From assembly GCA_015233195.1 (NCBI GenBank), contig JADFYE010000001.1, positions 83,583 to 147,582 of the forward strand: a stretch of DNA of 64,000 nucleotides. Direction: 5' to 3'. The notes below the pieces were generated by a model. That model was not told the DNA's origin and ran no database searches. It saw only the letters and a program-made list of their open reading frames with translations. Both the position numbers and the translations under genes were made by a program. Below, in pieces: positions 19,075-29,057 of the stretch. The stretch's first letter is position 1. The number at the start of each line of letters is the position of its first letter. The stretch is from Candidatus Omnitrophota bacterium (GTDB lineage: Bacteria > Omnitrophota > Gorgyraeia > Zapsychrales > Zapsychraceae).

Positions 19075-19114
19075 GGCAGACCTTATCTTAAAAATAGGGT
19101 CTGTCTTATTTATT
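19075..19114 (+). terminator. rho-independent terminator
   Basis: GGCAGACC...GGGTCTGTC stem followed by the T-rich run TTATTTATT. Confidence 0.5.
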
Positions 19115-19141
19115 GTTAATTTGGTTTTATAGGAGATTGGT

Positions 19142-19615
19142 ATGGCAGAAATTTATTTAACCCGCGCAGGGTATAACAAGTTAATGGCAGAATTGGAAGC
19201 GCAGAAATCCGAGCGTTTAAAGATCGCTAAGGCTATTGAAGAAGCGCGGTTACAAGGGGATATTTCCGAGAACGCCGAGTATGACGCAGCTAAAGACGCG
19301 CAAGCGCATAATGCGGTGCGAATATCTGATTTAGAAATGAAATTAACCAGTGTCCGTTTGATTGAAGATCAGGATATACCTTCAGATAAAGTTTTTATAG
19401 GCGCGGTGGTTACTTTGCTGGATATGGATACTGATGAAAAACTTCAGTATATGATGGTTTCTCCTGAAGAATCAAATTATGAAGAGAATAAAATTTCAAT
19501 CACTTCTCCGATCGGAAAGTCTTTAATGGGACATGGCGTGGGTGAGGATCTATCTATAAAAGTTCCGGCTGGGGTGCTGCGGTATAAGATTGAAAAAATA
19601 GAAAGACCTAGTTAG
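19142..19615 (+). CDS. greA: transcription elongation factor GreA
   Basis: 'LTRAGYNKLMAELE' and 'AIEEARLQGDISENAEYDAAKDAQA' form the GreA coiled-coil with its acidic tip. A C-terminal domain follows. Confidence 0.92.
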   Translation: MAEIYLTRAGYNKLMAELEAQKSERLKIAKAIEEARLQGDISENAEYDAAKDAQAHNAVRISDLEMKLTSVRLIEDQDIPSDKVFIGAVVTLLDMDTDEKLQYMMVSPEESNYEENKISITSPIGKSLMGHGVGEDLSIKVPAGVLRYKIEKIERPS

Positions 19616-19719
19616 AATAATACAGAGTACAGAGCACAAAGTCACAGAAACTCTTTCATTTCCTTCCAAAAATCGATATAATATCGGCAATATTAATATT
19701 ATTAATAATAGGAACAGCT

Positions 19720-20733
19720 ATGATAAATATCGGTATAATCGGTTGTGGACATTGGGGTCCAAACCATATTCGTATTTTCGATCAACTTCCCAACTCTAAT
19801 TCTTTGATGTGCGCTGATCTGGATGACAAACGTTTACAAGCGATTAAACAGCTTTATCCGGATATTCAAACGGTAAAAGATTTCAAGGAAATATTAAATA
19901 ACCCTGAGATTGACGCGGTTTGTATTGCTTCACCTACCAAAACGCATTATGAGATCGCGAAGTTAGCTTTAGAAAAAAATAAACACGTTTTATGCGAAAA
20001 ACCGCTCGCTGTTACTGTGGCGCAATGCGAAGAACTATATAAATTAGCTGAGAAACAGAAACGGGTGTTGTTGGTTGGACATGTTTTTGTTTTTAACGCG
20101 ACCATTGCCTGGGTCAAGGAATATATTGATTCCGGAGAAATGGGTAACATATTTTACGCGTATTCTACCCGGGTAAATTTGGGACCTTTCCGTTATGACG
20201 TAAACGCTTTATGGGATCTGGCTCCGCACGATATTTCTATTTTTAATTATTTTTTTAATAGTTGTCCGATCAATGTTTCTGCTCGGGGACATAAGGTATT
20301 AGGGGGGAAGTTGGAAGATCTGTCTTTTGCTACTTTGGAATATCCTAATAATATTGTGGCTAATTTGCATGTCAGTTGGCTGGATCCGCGCAAAGTACGG
20401 CAGATCACTATTGTAGGTGATAAAAAAATGCTGGTTTGGGATGATCTGGACGGTGAATGTCCGGTAAAGATCTATGATAAGCACGTAGAGAAAACTGATA
20501 CTTTTTATGAGACTTATGGCGAGTTTCAATTGTTATCAAAAGTCGGGAGTATTTTGATTCCTAAAATAAATTTGAATGAACCGTTAAAAGCACAGGCGCA
20601 ATATTTTATTGAATGTGTGTCTAAGAATTTACCGCCGGCTAAAGCTGACGGGCAAAAAGCCGCGGACGTGGTCAAGACTTTAATAGCGATACAGAAGTCG
20701 ATGGAAGGGAAGGGCGGGTGTGTTGATTTATGA
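19720..20733 (+). CDS. Gfo/Idh/MocA-family oxidoreductase (WbpB-like nucleotide-sugar dehydrogenase)
   Basis: Rossmann motif 'IGIIGCGHWG' and the 'EKP' motif within 'VLCEKPLA'. Confidence 0.8.
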   Translation: MINIGIIGCGHWGPNHIRIFDQLPNSNSLMCADLDDKRLQAIKQLYPDIQTVKDFKEILNNPEIDAVCIASPTKTHYEIAKLALEKNKHVLCEKPLAVTVAQCEELYKLAEKQKRVLLVGHVFVFNATIAWVKEYIDSGEMGNIFYAYSTRVNLGPFRYDVNALWDLAPHDISIFNYFFNSCPINVSARGHKVLGGKLEDLSFATLEYPNNIVANLHVSWLDPRKVRQITIVGDKKMLVWDDLDGECPVKIYDKHVEKTDTFYETYGEFQLLSKVGSILIPKINLNEPLKAQAQYFIECVSKNLPPAKADGQKAADVVKTLIAIQKSMEGKGGCVDL

Positions 20734-21248
20734 AATTTTTTAAACATGAAAAAGCTATGGTAGATGATGGGGCTATGGTCGGAGATGATACCCGCGTGTG
20801 GGCAAATGTATATATTCAAAAAGGCGCGAGCGTTGGTAAAGGCTGCAATGTATGCAATGGGACGTTTATTGAACGCGGCGCGAAAATTGGCGATCATGTT
20901 ACGATAAAACATAATGTTTCGATTTTTGACGGGGTTACTATAGAAGATGATGTTTTTATTGGTTCTAATATAGCTTTTATTAATGATCGATTTCCGAGGA
21001 GCAATCGCGAAGACGCTTGGACGCTGGAAAAAACTTTGATAAAAAAAGGCGCTACTTTAGGCGCTAACGCGGTGGTGATGTGCGGATTGGTCGTCGGAGA
21101 ATATGCAGTGGTGGGTGCTGGCGCGGTTGTTACGAAAGATGTTCCGGCTTTTACTATAGTGGTAGGTAATCCAGCGCGTAAAGTAGGAATGGCATGTAAA
21201 TGCGGGCGAAAATTAGACGCAGCCATGCAATGTTCTTGTGGGAAATAA
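20730..21248 (+). CDS. left-handed beta-helix (hexapeptide) acyl/acetyltransferase, WbpD/WxcM-like
   Basis: Hexapeptide repeats run throughout. The C-terminal tail reads 'CKCGRKLDAAMQCSCGK'. Confidence 0.8.
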   Translation: MKFFKHEKAMVDDGAMVGDDTRVWANVYIQKGASVGKGCNVCNGTFIERGAKIGDHVTIKHNVSIFDGVTIEDDVFIGSNIAFINDRFPRSNREDAWTLEKTLIKKGATLGANAVVMCGLVVGEYAVVGAGAVVTKDVPAFTIVVGNPARKVGMACKCGRKLDAAMQCSCGK

Positions 21249-21249
21249 T

Positions 21250-21981
21250 ATGTCTAAAATTTTGGTAAGCCCGATTGCGTATAATGAAAATGTTAAATTA
21301 GAAAAAGTTATAACACGTTATTTAGGCAGTCCGGCAAAGGGATTTACTGATTATTTGGTAATGGATGATTGTTCAGACGACGGCACAACTGAAATGATCG
21401 CGTCCTACGCTAACATGGGGGTTAAAACTTTGCGCCATGAAAAGCGTTCTGGTGTCGGCGCAGCGATAAGAACCGTGATTAGATTTGCACAGAAGAATAA
21501 TTATGATGTGTTGGTGATCATGGCTGGGAATGATAAGGACGATCCGAATCAGATACCGCTTTTGGTCAGCCCGATCGTGGATCAGGGATATGATTTTGTA
21601 CAAGGGTCGCGTTATAAAGGCGCGAATGGTATAGGCGGAGATATGCCGTTTTACCGTAAATTAGCTACACGTTTGCATCCGTTTTTGATGAGTTTGATAA
21701 CCGGCGTAAAAGTAACTGATACGACCAATGGGTTCAGGGCGTTTAAGGTATCAATTTTGAAAGATTCTCGGATTGATCTCGACCAAGAGTGGTTAGATAA
21801 ATATGAATTGGAACCATATTTGCTTTTTAAGACTTTAAAATATGGTTATAAATTTACAGAAGCGCCAGTTACTAAGATTTATCCGCCTAAGAAATTGGGT
21901 TATACAAAAATGAAGCCGTTTTCTGGGTGGTGGAGTATTTTAAGACCGCTTATATATTTAGGTTTGGGTATAAAAAAATAG
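21250..21981 (+). CDS. family 2 glycosyltransferase
   Basis: GT-A features 'VMDDCSDDGT' and 'DFVQGSR'. The ATG at 21250 is preferred over the overlapping GTG at 21238. Confidence 0.8.
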   Translation: MSKILVSPIAYNENVKLEKVITRYLGSPAKGFTDYLVMDDCSDDGTTEMIASYANMGVKTLRHEKRSGVGAAIRTVIRFAQKNNYDVLVIMAGNDKDDPNQIPLLVSPIVDQGYDFVQGSRYKGANGIGGDMPFYRKLATRLHPFLMSLITGVKVTDTTNGFRAFKVSILKDSRIDLDQEWLDKYELEPYLLFKTLKYGYKFTEAPVTKIYPPKKLGYTKMKPFSGWWSILRPLIYLGLGIKK

Positions 21982-22013
21982 CCCCGTAAAATCGCGGTGC
22001 GATCACGGGGTTT
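21982..22013 (+). terminator. GC-rich hairpin with T-run (terminator-like)
   Basis: CCCCGT-aaa-ATCGC-ggt-GCGAT-c-ACGGGG followed by TTT. Confidence 0.5.
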
Positions 22014-22029
22014 ATAAGAAAGGGTAAAT

Positions 22030-22302
22030 ATGAAAAAATGGATTTTGTTTTTATTATGCGTTGCAGTAGCTGGCTGTACTTATCAGGGGAAGAAATTTAG
22101 TGATTATATTAGTGATCCTCGGTCAATAATCAAAGATCCGCATTTTGAGCAGTATAAAGAAGAGCGGGATGCTTTAGAAAGTCAATATTTGAAAAAAGAA
22201 ATCTCATACGCGGATTACATTCAGAAGATGAAGGATCTGGATATGAAATATACAAAAGAAGTTAAGGAGCGGGACGATAAGTTACAAAGTCCGAATTTAT
22301 AA
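22030..22302 (+). CDS. small lipoprotein, unknown function
   Basis: The signal 'MKKWILFLLCVAVAGC' has a lipobox. Confidence 0.5.
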   Translation: MKKWILFLLCVAVAGCTYQGKKFSDYISDPRSIIKDPHFEQYKEERDALESQYLKKEISYADYIQKMKDLDMKYTKEVKERDDKLQSPNL

Positions 22303-22305
22303 AGC

Positions 22306-23034
22306 ATGAAATTATATGGAATAAATCCAGTTTTGGAAAGATTACGGGTAAATCCGAAATCAGTAAAGAAGATCTATATTGAGCAAGGGCAATCCGGCGG
22401 TATTATTCAAAAGAAAGCCACGCAGAATCATGTGCCGTTTTTATTGGTTCCGTCTACAAAAATGCAGAAAATCGGCAGAGATAAAAATACCCAAGGGTTT
22501 ATGGCTGATGTAGAAGATTTTCAGTATGCGGATTATGATGATGTGCTTTCAAATGCTAATGAAAAACACCGCACTTTGATATTCTTAGACGAGTTGAATG
22601 ATCCGCAGAATTTAGGGGTTATGTTGCGCAGTTTGGCGTGTTTAGGCAGGTTTGCGGTTATATTGACTACGCATCACTCAGTAAGCGTTACTGAAGCTGT
22701 GTTAAGGATCGCTTCGGGCGGGGACAATTATGTGTTGATCTCGCGAGTGGCTAATTTAGTCAATGCTATAAAAAAAGCTAAGGATCAGGGATACGAGATT
22801 TTTGCCGCTGATGTTAATGAAGGCGAAATTTTAGGAGAAAAAGAATTTCCAGCTAATTTAGGAATTGTTATTGGTTCAGAACAAAAAGGCATCCGGGATA
22901 TAGTTTTAAATCAGGTCGACGGTAAGATTACTATACCTATGTATGCGGAAAACATTTCATTTAACGCGGCGCAAGCCATGACTATTATTGCTTATGAAAT
23001 CACCAGACAAAAACGTCAAAGACAAAAAAAGTAA
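22306..23034 (+). CDS. rlmB: SpoU/TrmH-family 23S rRNA 2'-O-ribose methyltransferase (RlmB-like)
   Basis: An N-terminal substrate-binding domain ('GINPVLERL') is followed by SPOUT motifs 'DELNDPQNLGVMLRS', 'IVIGSEQKGI' and 'SFNAAQA'. Confidence 0.8.
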   Translation: MKLYGINPVLERLRVNPKSVKKIYIEQGQSGGIIQKKATQNHVPFLLVPSTKMQKIGRDKNTQGFMADVEDFQYADYDDVLSNANEKHRTLIFLDELNDPQNLGVMLRSLACLGRFAVILTTHHSVSVTEAVLRIASGGDNYVLISRVANLVNAIKKAKDQGYEIFAADVNEGEILGEKEFPANLGIVIGSEQKGIRDIVLNQVDGKITIPMYAENISFNAAQAMTIIAYEITRQKRQRQKK

Positions 23035-23620
23035 AAATAAAAAACCTGACTTCAAGAGCGCGGTTAATTTTTTTGCTGAAGCTGGATTATTGAAGCATGT
23101 AAAACGCAGCGGGTGGTGGGTTGCGGGAATTAAAGACCCTGAAAGTGTAGCTGAACATTGTTTTAGATGCGCGGTCATGGGTTATTATATTGCACAGCTC
23201 GAGGGAGTTGATCCGTATAAAGTTTTGCTTATGACATTGTTCAATGATATTCATGAAGCGCGGATAAATGATTTGCATAAAATGGGTCATTTTTATATTG
23301 ATTTTAAAGAAGCTGAGAAAAAAGTGTTCGCTGACCAGATTAAACCTTTGGATGAAAAAGTTAATAGCGAAATGGCAGGTATACGGAGAGATTACGATGG
23401 GCAATTAACAGCTGAAGCTATAGTAGCCAGAGACGCGGACATATTAGAATGTCTTTTACAGGCGCGTGAATATTTTGATAATGGACATACTAAAGCTAAG
23501 AAATTTTTTAAAGTCGCGCCAGATCATTTAAAGACTAAAACCGCGAAGAGTTTATGGGAAACTATGAAGGATTGGGATAGCGGTGAGTGGTGGGAAAACG
23601 TAGTAAAATTTGAAAGATAA
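22988..23620 (+). CDS. HD-domain phosphohydrolase (YfbR-like 5'-deoxynucleotidase family)
   Basis: 'ESVAEHCFR' followed by 'NDIHEARINDL' shows the H...HD...D pattern. Confidence 0.75.
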   Translation: MLMKSPDKNVKDKKSKNKKPDFKSAVNFFAEAGLLKHVKRSGWWVAGIKDPESVAEHCFRCAVMGYYIAQLEGVDPYKVLLMTLFNDIHEARINDLHKMGHFYIDFKEAEKKVFADQIKPLDEKVNSEMAGIRRDYDGQLTAEAIVARDADILECLLQAREYFDNGHTKAKKFFKVAPDHLKTKTAKSLWETMKDWDSGEWWENVVKFER

Positions 23621-23680
23621 CCGGCTCCGCAGATGCGGGATCGGTGCTGTGTGGCGCCGATCCCGCATCTGCGGAGCCGG
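23621..23680. repeat. perfect 24-bp GC-rich inverted repeat (hairpin)
   Basis: CCGGCTCCGCAGATGCGGGATCGG-(12 nt)-CCGATCCCGCATCTGCGGAGCCGG. I verified the complementarity by hand. Confidence 0.9.
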
Positions 23681-23727
23681 TTAAAAAGTATGAATAAGCG
23701 TTAAATTTTATTGAGGTTAATGTTAAA

Positions 23728-24036
23728 ATGAAACGTATTGGCATAGCCGCAAGTAAGATCGCCCGGGGTAATTTGTTTGTTTATAATTTACAGGTTCTTT
23801 TAATATCTTTTTTGTTCTCGTTGTTTGTTTTTATTATTTCAGGCGCAACTTTACTAGTGTCGTTAGTGTTGATTTGGTATTTAGGCAAAGAATTAAATTT
23901 TTTTACTTCTGTTAAAGAATGGCGAACGGTTTTTACAATATGCATGGGCACTTTGACTTTTGCGGTAGCTGTATTCAACGTGGTAGCAGTATTAGCAAAT
24001 TTTAAGATAAGAAGGAAACGGCGTAATGGCAGTTGA
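23728..24036 (+). CDS. small membrane protein (about 3 TM), unknown function
   Basis: Hydrophobic 102-aa ORF. It overlaps the start of the downstream kinase gene by 11 nt. Confidence 0.4.
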   Translation: MKRIGIAASKIARGNLFVYNLQVLLISFLFSLFVFIISGATLLVSLVLIWYLGKELNFFTSVKEWRTVFTICMGTLTFAVAVFNVVAVLANFKIRRKRRNGS

Positions 24037-26338
24037 AAAAGATGAACTCAGTCAATTAGTAGAAAGTCTTCCGGTTGGTATCTTAAGAGCTGGTCTAAGC
24101 TCTAAACCCAGAATTATATATTGTAATAATGGATTAAAAGATTTGTTGGATATTTCGGCTAAGACTTTGATTGGTTTACCGCTGCAGGATATTTTTGCTT
24201 ACTCTGGTAATTATCTTGACCTTATGGATATTTTAACTGAACAAGGAAGTGTTGAACAGTTCCAGGTCCATTTAAAAGGAAAAGCTAAAGACCCAATCAG
24301 TTGTTTGGCTTTCGGTCGGGTAGTTTCGGAAGAAAATTCCACGCAAAAATTCTTTGATATTTCGTTTTTTGAAAACTCCAGACAACGCAGGCATGAACAA
24401 GAGTTGTCTGAATCCAAAGAATTATTTAAAACCATATTTGATACTACGTCCGCCGGAATAATTGTAACCGATGATAAAGACCGTATTGTAGCTTGGAACC
24501 CGTCGGCGGAAAAAATGTTTGAAATGGGAAAGAGCGATCTGTTTAATAAATCCATGAAAGATCTTTGTCCTGATTCCGAATGGAAGGATATAAAGTCAGT
24601 GCTTACTGCAGGTGACCGGGATGTGTTGTCAGATATTCAAACTCAATTTTGCCGTAAAGATGGCTCAGTGTTTGATGTGCATTTGACCATATCAGTTCTT
24701 AAGAATTCCGAGAATAAACCCATGGGTTTGATCGGTATTATGCGGGATATAACTAATCAAAAGAATGCGGAAAAAAAGGTTATTGAGTCAGAACAAAAGA
24801 TCCGGATTCTTTTGGATAATTCTTCAGCGTCTATAATTTTGACCAATGATAAAGAACAGATTGTTACTTGGAATAAATATACTGAACATTTGACCGGTTA
24901 TTCAAAAGAAGAATTACACCTTAAGCCGATTAGTGAACTGTATCCGGTAAAAGAATGGGAAAAGATCCGTTCGGCTGATATCCGTAAAAAAGGCAGCGCG
25001 CATCATTTGGAAACAAAAGTTTGTACTAAAACCGGCGAAGCTATCGACGTGGATTTGTCCGTGAATATTTTAAAAGATGAAGAAGGTAAGGTGAGCGGTT
25101 CAGTAGGTATTTTGGTTGATATTACTAAACGTAAGCAGTTGGAAGAAAAATTAGTCCAGGCTAAGTTATCTGCTGAAGAAGCTAACCAGACTAAATCAAT
25201 GTTTTTGGCTAATATGTCGCATGAAGTGCGTACACCTATGAATGCTATTTTAGGTATGCTGGATTTGACCTTGGACATGCCGTTAGGCGCTGAACAGCGG
25301 GAGAACTTAGTAGTAGCTAAGGAAGCTGCGGAAAATCTTTTAGGGTTGCTTAATGATATTTTGGATCTTTCCCGCGTCGAGGCAGGTAAGATAACCCTTG
25401 AGCATATTGAGATGCATTTGCCGAATGTGGTTAAAAATATTTGTAAGGGTTTGGCAGTAATTGCGAAAGATAAAAATTTGGAATTGGTTTTAAATGTTGC
25501 TTCGGATGTGCCTGAGTTAATTCTGGGCGATCCGGTAAGGATACGTCAGATCATAATCAATTTAATTAATAATGCGATTAAATTTACTCCGCATGGACAA
25601 ATTAGGACAATTATTAAAGTTGAACAGCGTAAGGGCAATAAAGTTGTTTTACGTTTTGCAGTACAGGATGATGGGATTGGTATTGCAGCGGATAAGATTG
25701 ATAAAATTTTTGAGGTTTTTACTCAGGCAGAGGATTCAACAGCTCGTCGCTATGGTGGTACTGGTTTGGGGTTGGCCATATCAAAACGCTTGGTCGAAAT
25801 GATGGAAGGCAGGATTTGGGTGGAGAGCGTGGAGGGGAAAGGCAGCACATTTTTGTTTACTGCAAATTTTGATGTAGTTAAAGATGTCTCTGGTTCCGCG
25901 GTTGATACTATGGGTGATTTTATTCCGCAGGGAGTAACCTCTGAGATTAAACATTTAAAAATTCTTTTAGCTGAAGATAATTTGGTTAATCAGAAAATCG
26001 CTTCACGGATGCTTGAGAAACAAGGGTGGGAAGTTTTGGCAGTGGTTAATGGTAAAGATGTTTTAAAAGCTATGCGCGAAGACCGTTTCGACTTGATCTT
26101 AATGGATTCATATATGCCGGAAATGGATGGTTTGCAAGCCACTCGCACTATCCGTGATCTTGAGAAAAACACTGGGAAGCATATTCCGATTATAGCTTTG
26201 ACTGCCCGGGCGATGCAGGAGGATAGGCAGATATGTCTCGACGCTGGCATGGATGGTTATGTGGCTAAACCTATTGACCGGAAAAAATTAGTTAAGGAAA
26301 TAGAAGTAGTAATCCAAAAAAGGAATACAGATGAGTGA
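24026..26338 (+). CDS. hybrid sensor histidine kinase (multiple PAS + HisKA + HATPase_c + receiver)
   Basis: PAS modules carry repeated 'W N..AE..fG' style motifs. The H-box is 'FLANMSHEVRTPMNAI', with N/G boxes 'NLINNAIKFT', 'DDGIGI' and 'GGTGLGLAI'. The receiver domain shows 'LLAEDN...DLILMDSYMPEMDG...ALTA'. Confidence 0.92.
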   Translation: MAVEKDELSQLVESLPVGILRAGLSSKPRIIYCNNGLKDLLDISAKTLIGLPLQDIFAYSGNYLDLMDILTEQGSVEQFQVHLKGKAKDPISCLAFGRVVSEENSTQKFFDISFFENSRQRRHEQELSESKELFKTIFDTTSAGIIVTDDKDRIVAWNPSAEKMFEMGKSDLFNKSMKDLCPDSEWKDIKSVLTAGDRDVLSDIQTQFCRKDGSVFDVHLTISVLKNSENKPMGLIGIMRDITNQKNAEKKVIESEQKIRILLDNSSASIILTNDKEQIVTWNKYTEHLTGYSKEELHLKPISELYPVKEWEKIRSADIRKKGSAHHLETKVCTKTGEAIDVDLSVNILKDEEGKVSGSVGILVDITKRKQLEEKLVQAKLSAEEANQTKSMFLANMSHEVRTPMNAILGMLDLTLDMPLGAEQRENLVVAKEAAENLLGLLNDILDLSRVEAGKITLEHIEMHLPNVVKNICKGLAVIAKDKNLELVLNVASDVPELILGDPVRIRQIIINLINNAIKFTPHGQIRTIIKVEQRKGNKVVLRFAVQDDGIGIAADKIDKIFEVFTQAEDSTARRYGGTGLGLAISKRLVEMMEGRIWVESVEGKGSTFLFTANFDVVKDVSGSAVDTMGDFIPQGVTSEIKHLKILLAEDNLVNQKIASRMLEKQGWEVLAVVNGKDVLKAMREDRFDLILMDSYMPEMDGLQATRTIRDLEKNTGKHIPIIALTARAMQEDRQICLDAGMDGYVAKPIDRKKLVKEIEVVIQKRNTDE

Positions 26339-26684
26339 TCAAATTATTGATGTGCCGGAATTGTTGGAACGAGTTCAAGATGATAAAGAGTTGATGCTGG
26401 AGTTGTTTGATATTTTTATGGAAGATTATCCGGGGAAACGCAAACAACTTGAGGAAGCTATAGCAGAAAAAAATTTTGAAACGATCCGGGGTGTAGCTCA
26501 TTCAGTAAAAGGCGCGTCCGGTAATATTTCCGCGAAATTGGTAAGGGAAGTATGCATGAGTTTAGAGAATAAAGGTAAAAATAATATTATTGACGGAGCA
26601 GATAAAGATTTAGCGGTTTTAGATGTTGAATATGCCAAAATGGTCGAGCGGGTTAAAGAATTAAAACAAGAATATGGGAAATAA
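26331..26684 (+). CDS. Hpt-domain phosphotransfer protein
   Basis: 'HSVKGASGNISA' is the Hpt phospho-histidine motif. Confidence 0.85.
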   Translation: MSDQIIDVPELLERVQDDKELMLELFDIFMEDYPGKRKQLEEAIAEKNFETIRGVAHSVKGASGNISAKLVREVCMSLENKGKNNIIDGADKDLAVLDVEYAKMVERVKELKQEYGK

Positions 26685-26687
26685 TTA

Positions 26688-28373
26688 GTGACAGGCACTA
26701 ATTTTAAACCTTTATCAAGACCGTTTATTTTAGCGGTCTTTTTTCTTTCAGTCCTTATCATCTATATCTGGACTATACGCTTCCCGTTTGTCCACGACGA
26801 TAAATTTTTTATTTTAGGAAATCTCAACATTAGTAGTTTTGATCTTAGGTCGATCTTTGGGGAGGTGGTGTTTCGGACTAAGGATTCGATACTTAATAGT
26901 TATTATCGTCCAGTTTTGGAAATAATCTATCGGATACTATTTATTTTGTTTGGACCGGTTGCTGCAGGATATCATGTTTTTAATTTTTTACTTCATTTTG
27001 TAAATGGGTTGATGTTATTTGTGGTCTTGCGTAATTGGCTGGAACCTTATTACCCGTCGGATACTTCCATATCAAAACACGCGGCTTTTTGGGTTTCGCT
27101 ATTTTTTTTAGTGCATCCGATACAAACTGAGGCTGTGGCTTGTATTTCCGGAATATCAAATCTGGTTTATGTTTTTTTTGTGTTGTTGTGTTTTTATGCG
27201 TATCAAAAAATAAAATGGACTGGAATTCTGTTAATCAGCTTTTTTTGCGGATTAATGGCAAAGGAACAGACAGCAGCAGTACCTTTCATATTGTTTGGTG
27301 CGGATTGGATTATTAATAAGAATTCATTTTTAAAAGTTTTAAAAGGTAAATGGCAGGTGTGGCTGGGATTAAGCGTGGTTTTTGTTTTGTATTTTTTGAT
27401 GCGCAGGTACGCAGGTCATTCAACTAATGAATTTGTTTTTCTTTTAAAGCCGGAGGAATTAATATTACGGGTAGCTTCTATTCCATCGACTTTGTTAATG
27501 TATATTAAATTGGTACTATGGCCAACCGAGCTGCATTATTATCGCTCGACCGACGTTTTAGCTCCTTGGCTTAAGCCGTTATTAGTTTTATTGACAGTGA
27601 AACTGGGGATTGTATTTATTATGGTCAGGCTGGATCCGGATCGACGCAGGATCGCGGGGTTTGGCTTGATCTGGTTTCTGGTCGTATTGCTGCCAGTATT
27701 GAATATTGTGCCTTTAGTAAATGAGTATTCATATATTTTATCGTCAGAACATTTTTTGTATTTACCGGTGGTTGGATTTTTATTATTTATATTCGTGGTG
27801 TTTGATGCTTTTATTTCTTGTGCGGCTGTGAAAATTAGAGTTGCGATACTTTGCTCCTTAGCTATAATTTGTGGGATTTTATCATTTAATCAAATATGGG
27901 TATGGCGGGATGAAGTTTCGTTGTTTGAACGAACAGTAAAATATGAACCAGGTTTTGCTAGGGGTCGGCATTTATTAGGAGTGGCATACGCGGATCGAGG
28001 AGAATTTGATAAAGCTCTTGAACAATATTCAGTGGCTGTAGATAGGATGAAGTATTATGATTCGGTTGCGCTAGACGCAAACGCGCAGTTGTTTTACCGC
28101 AGGTTTGCCGCGGACATATATTTCGACGCTGCTTCCGCATATTTAAGCATGAACAATAGGATGGCTGCTTTGATACTTGCTAAAAAAAGTTTGCGTTGTG
28201 ATCCGGATAATGTAAAGTCTTTGAATTTAGAGGGTGTGATTTATGGGTCGATGAAACAGTATAAAGCTTCAAAAAAATATTTTGAGCGGGCGCTGAAAAT
28301 AACACCGCTGGATGTAAACTTAAAACATAATTATGAACGAACCATGAAATTTATACAAGGAGAAGGGAAATAA
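26688..28373 (+). CDS. polytopic GT-C-type (PMT/TMTC-like) membrane protein with C-terminal TPR repeats
   Basis: About 10 TM helices. The N-terminal 'VHDDKFFI' and 'SYYRP' motifs resemble bacterial TMTC/DUF1736-type proteins. The C-terminal 150 aa are TPR-like. GTG start. Confidence 0.6.
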   Translation: MTGTNFKPLSRPFILAVFFLSVLIIYIWTIRFPFVHDDKFFILGNLNISSFDLRSIFGEVVFRTKDSILNSYYRPVLEIIYRILFILFGPVAAGYHVFNFLLHFVNGLMLFVVLRNWLEPYYPSDTSISKHAAFWVSLFFLVHPIQTEAVACISGISNLVYVFFVLLCFYAYQKIKWTGILLISFFCGLMAKEQTAAVPFILFGADWIINKNSFLKVLKGKWQVWLGLSVVFVLYFLMRRYAGHSTNEFVFLLKPEELILRVASIPSTLLMYIKLVLWPTELHYYRSTDVLAPWLKPLLVLLTVKLGIVFIMVRLDPDRRRIAGFGLIWFLVVLLPVLNIVPLVNEYSYILSSEHFLYLPVVGFLLFIFVVFDAFISCAAVKIRVAILCSLAIICGILSFNQIWVWRDEVSLFERTVKYEPGFARGRHLLGVAYADRGEFDKALEQYSVAVDRMKYYDSVALDANAQLFYRRFAADIYFDAASAYLSMNNRMAALILAKKSLRCDPDNVKSLNLEGVIYGSMKQYKASKKYFERALKITPLDVNLKHNYERTMKFIQGEGK

Positions 28374-29044
28374 TGGATCCGCTTTTAATATGGGGACTGG
28401 GTTTAATGGGTTTGATTATGGCTGCCATAATTTTTATATATTTGGTGCCTGAACAGAAAAAGAGCAAAAAGAAGCGGCAGACCAAACCAAAAGAAGAAGT
28501 ATTATCAGTTGAGCAAAAAGATTGGAAAGAGGCATGTTTAAAATTAGAAAAACATATTGCAGCGCTGCGTCAGGAAAGTGTGCAGATTCAGAAAGAAGTT
28601 GCGGTAAAAGATAAGCAGATTTTGATAGAGCAGGCAAAATATAAAAAATTGGATGAACGGCTGGAGCAAGAGAGAGTTTGGCATAAAAAAGAAGAGCAGG
28701 AAATTGATAAGCGTAAAAATGAATTGCAGAAATTAAAAGATGATTTAAGCAAGCTTCAGGAAGTTTCGGCTCGCGAGCATGGGCAGAACATACGCATGGA
28801 AAAAGAATTGGTGGAAGTGCGTCGGGTTAATGCTGAAGGGGAAGAGTCTCGCCGTAAAATTGATACAGAAAATATGCAGTTAAAAGCACAGATTGAAGGA
28901 TATAAAACTCAGTTGGCTGATTTAAAAAGACAGAATTCTGATTTGGCTCGTCAGCGTGAGGATACAGAGTGGGTGTCGAAGGTTGATTATCTGGAATTAC
29001 AGAAGCAATTGAAAGAATTGAAATTAAAACTTAATAGTGAGTGA
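28373..29044 (+). CDS. membrane-anchored coiled-coil protein
   Basis: An N-terminal TM helix is followed by a Lys-rich stretch, then a long heptad-like E/K/Q-rich sequence. Confidence 0.5.
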   Translation: MDPLLIWGLGLMGLIMAAIIFIYLVPEQKKSKKKRQTKPKEEVLSVEQKDWKEACLKLEKHIAALRQESVQIQKEVAVKDKQILIEQAKYKKLDERLEQERVWHKKEEQEIDKRKNELQKLKDDLSKLQEVSAREHGQNIRMEKELVEVRRVNAEGEESRRKIDTENMQLKAQIEGYKTQLADLKRQNSDLARQREDTEWVSKVDYLELQKQLKELKLKLNSE

Positions 29045-29057
29045 CGTTAGATAAAAA

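Noticed and set aside
23621-23680. Reading the long hairpin as an SRP (4.5S) RNA or another small RNA gene because of the GGTGCTGT loop.
   Set aside because: The stem is a perfect, uninterrupted duplex. It lacks the asymmetric and symmetric internal loops and the GGAA/AGCA motifs of SRP domain IV.
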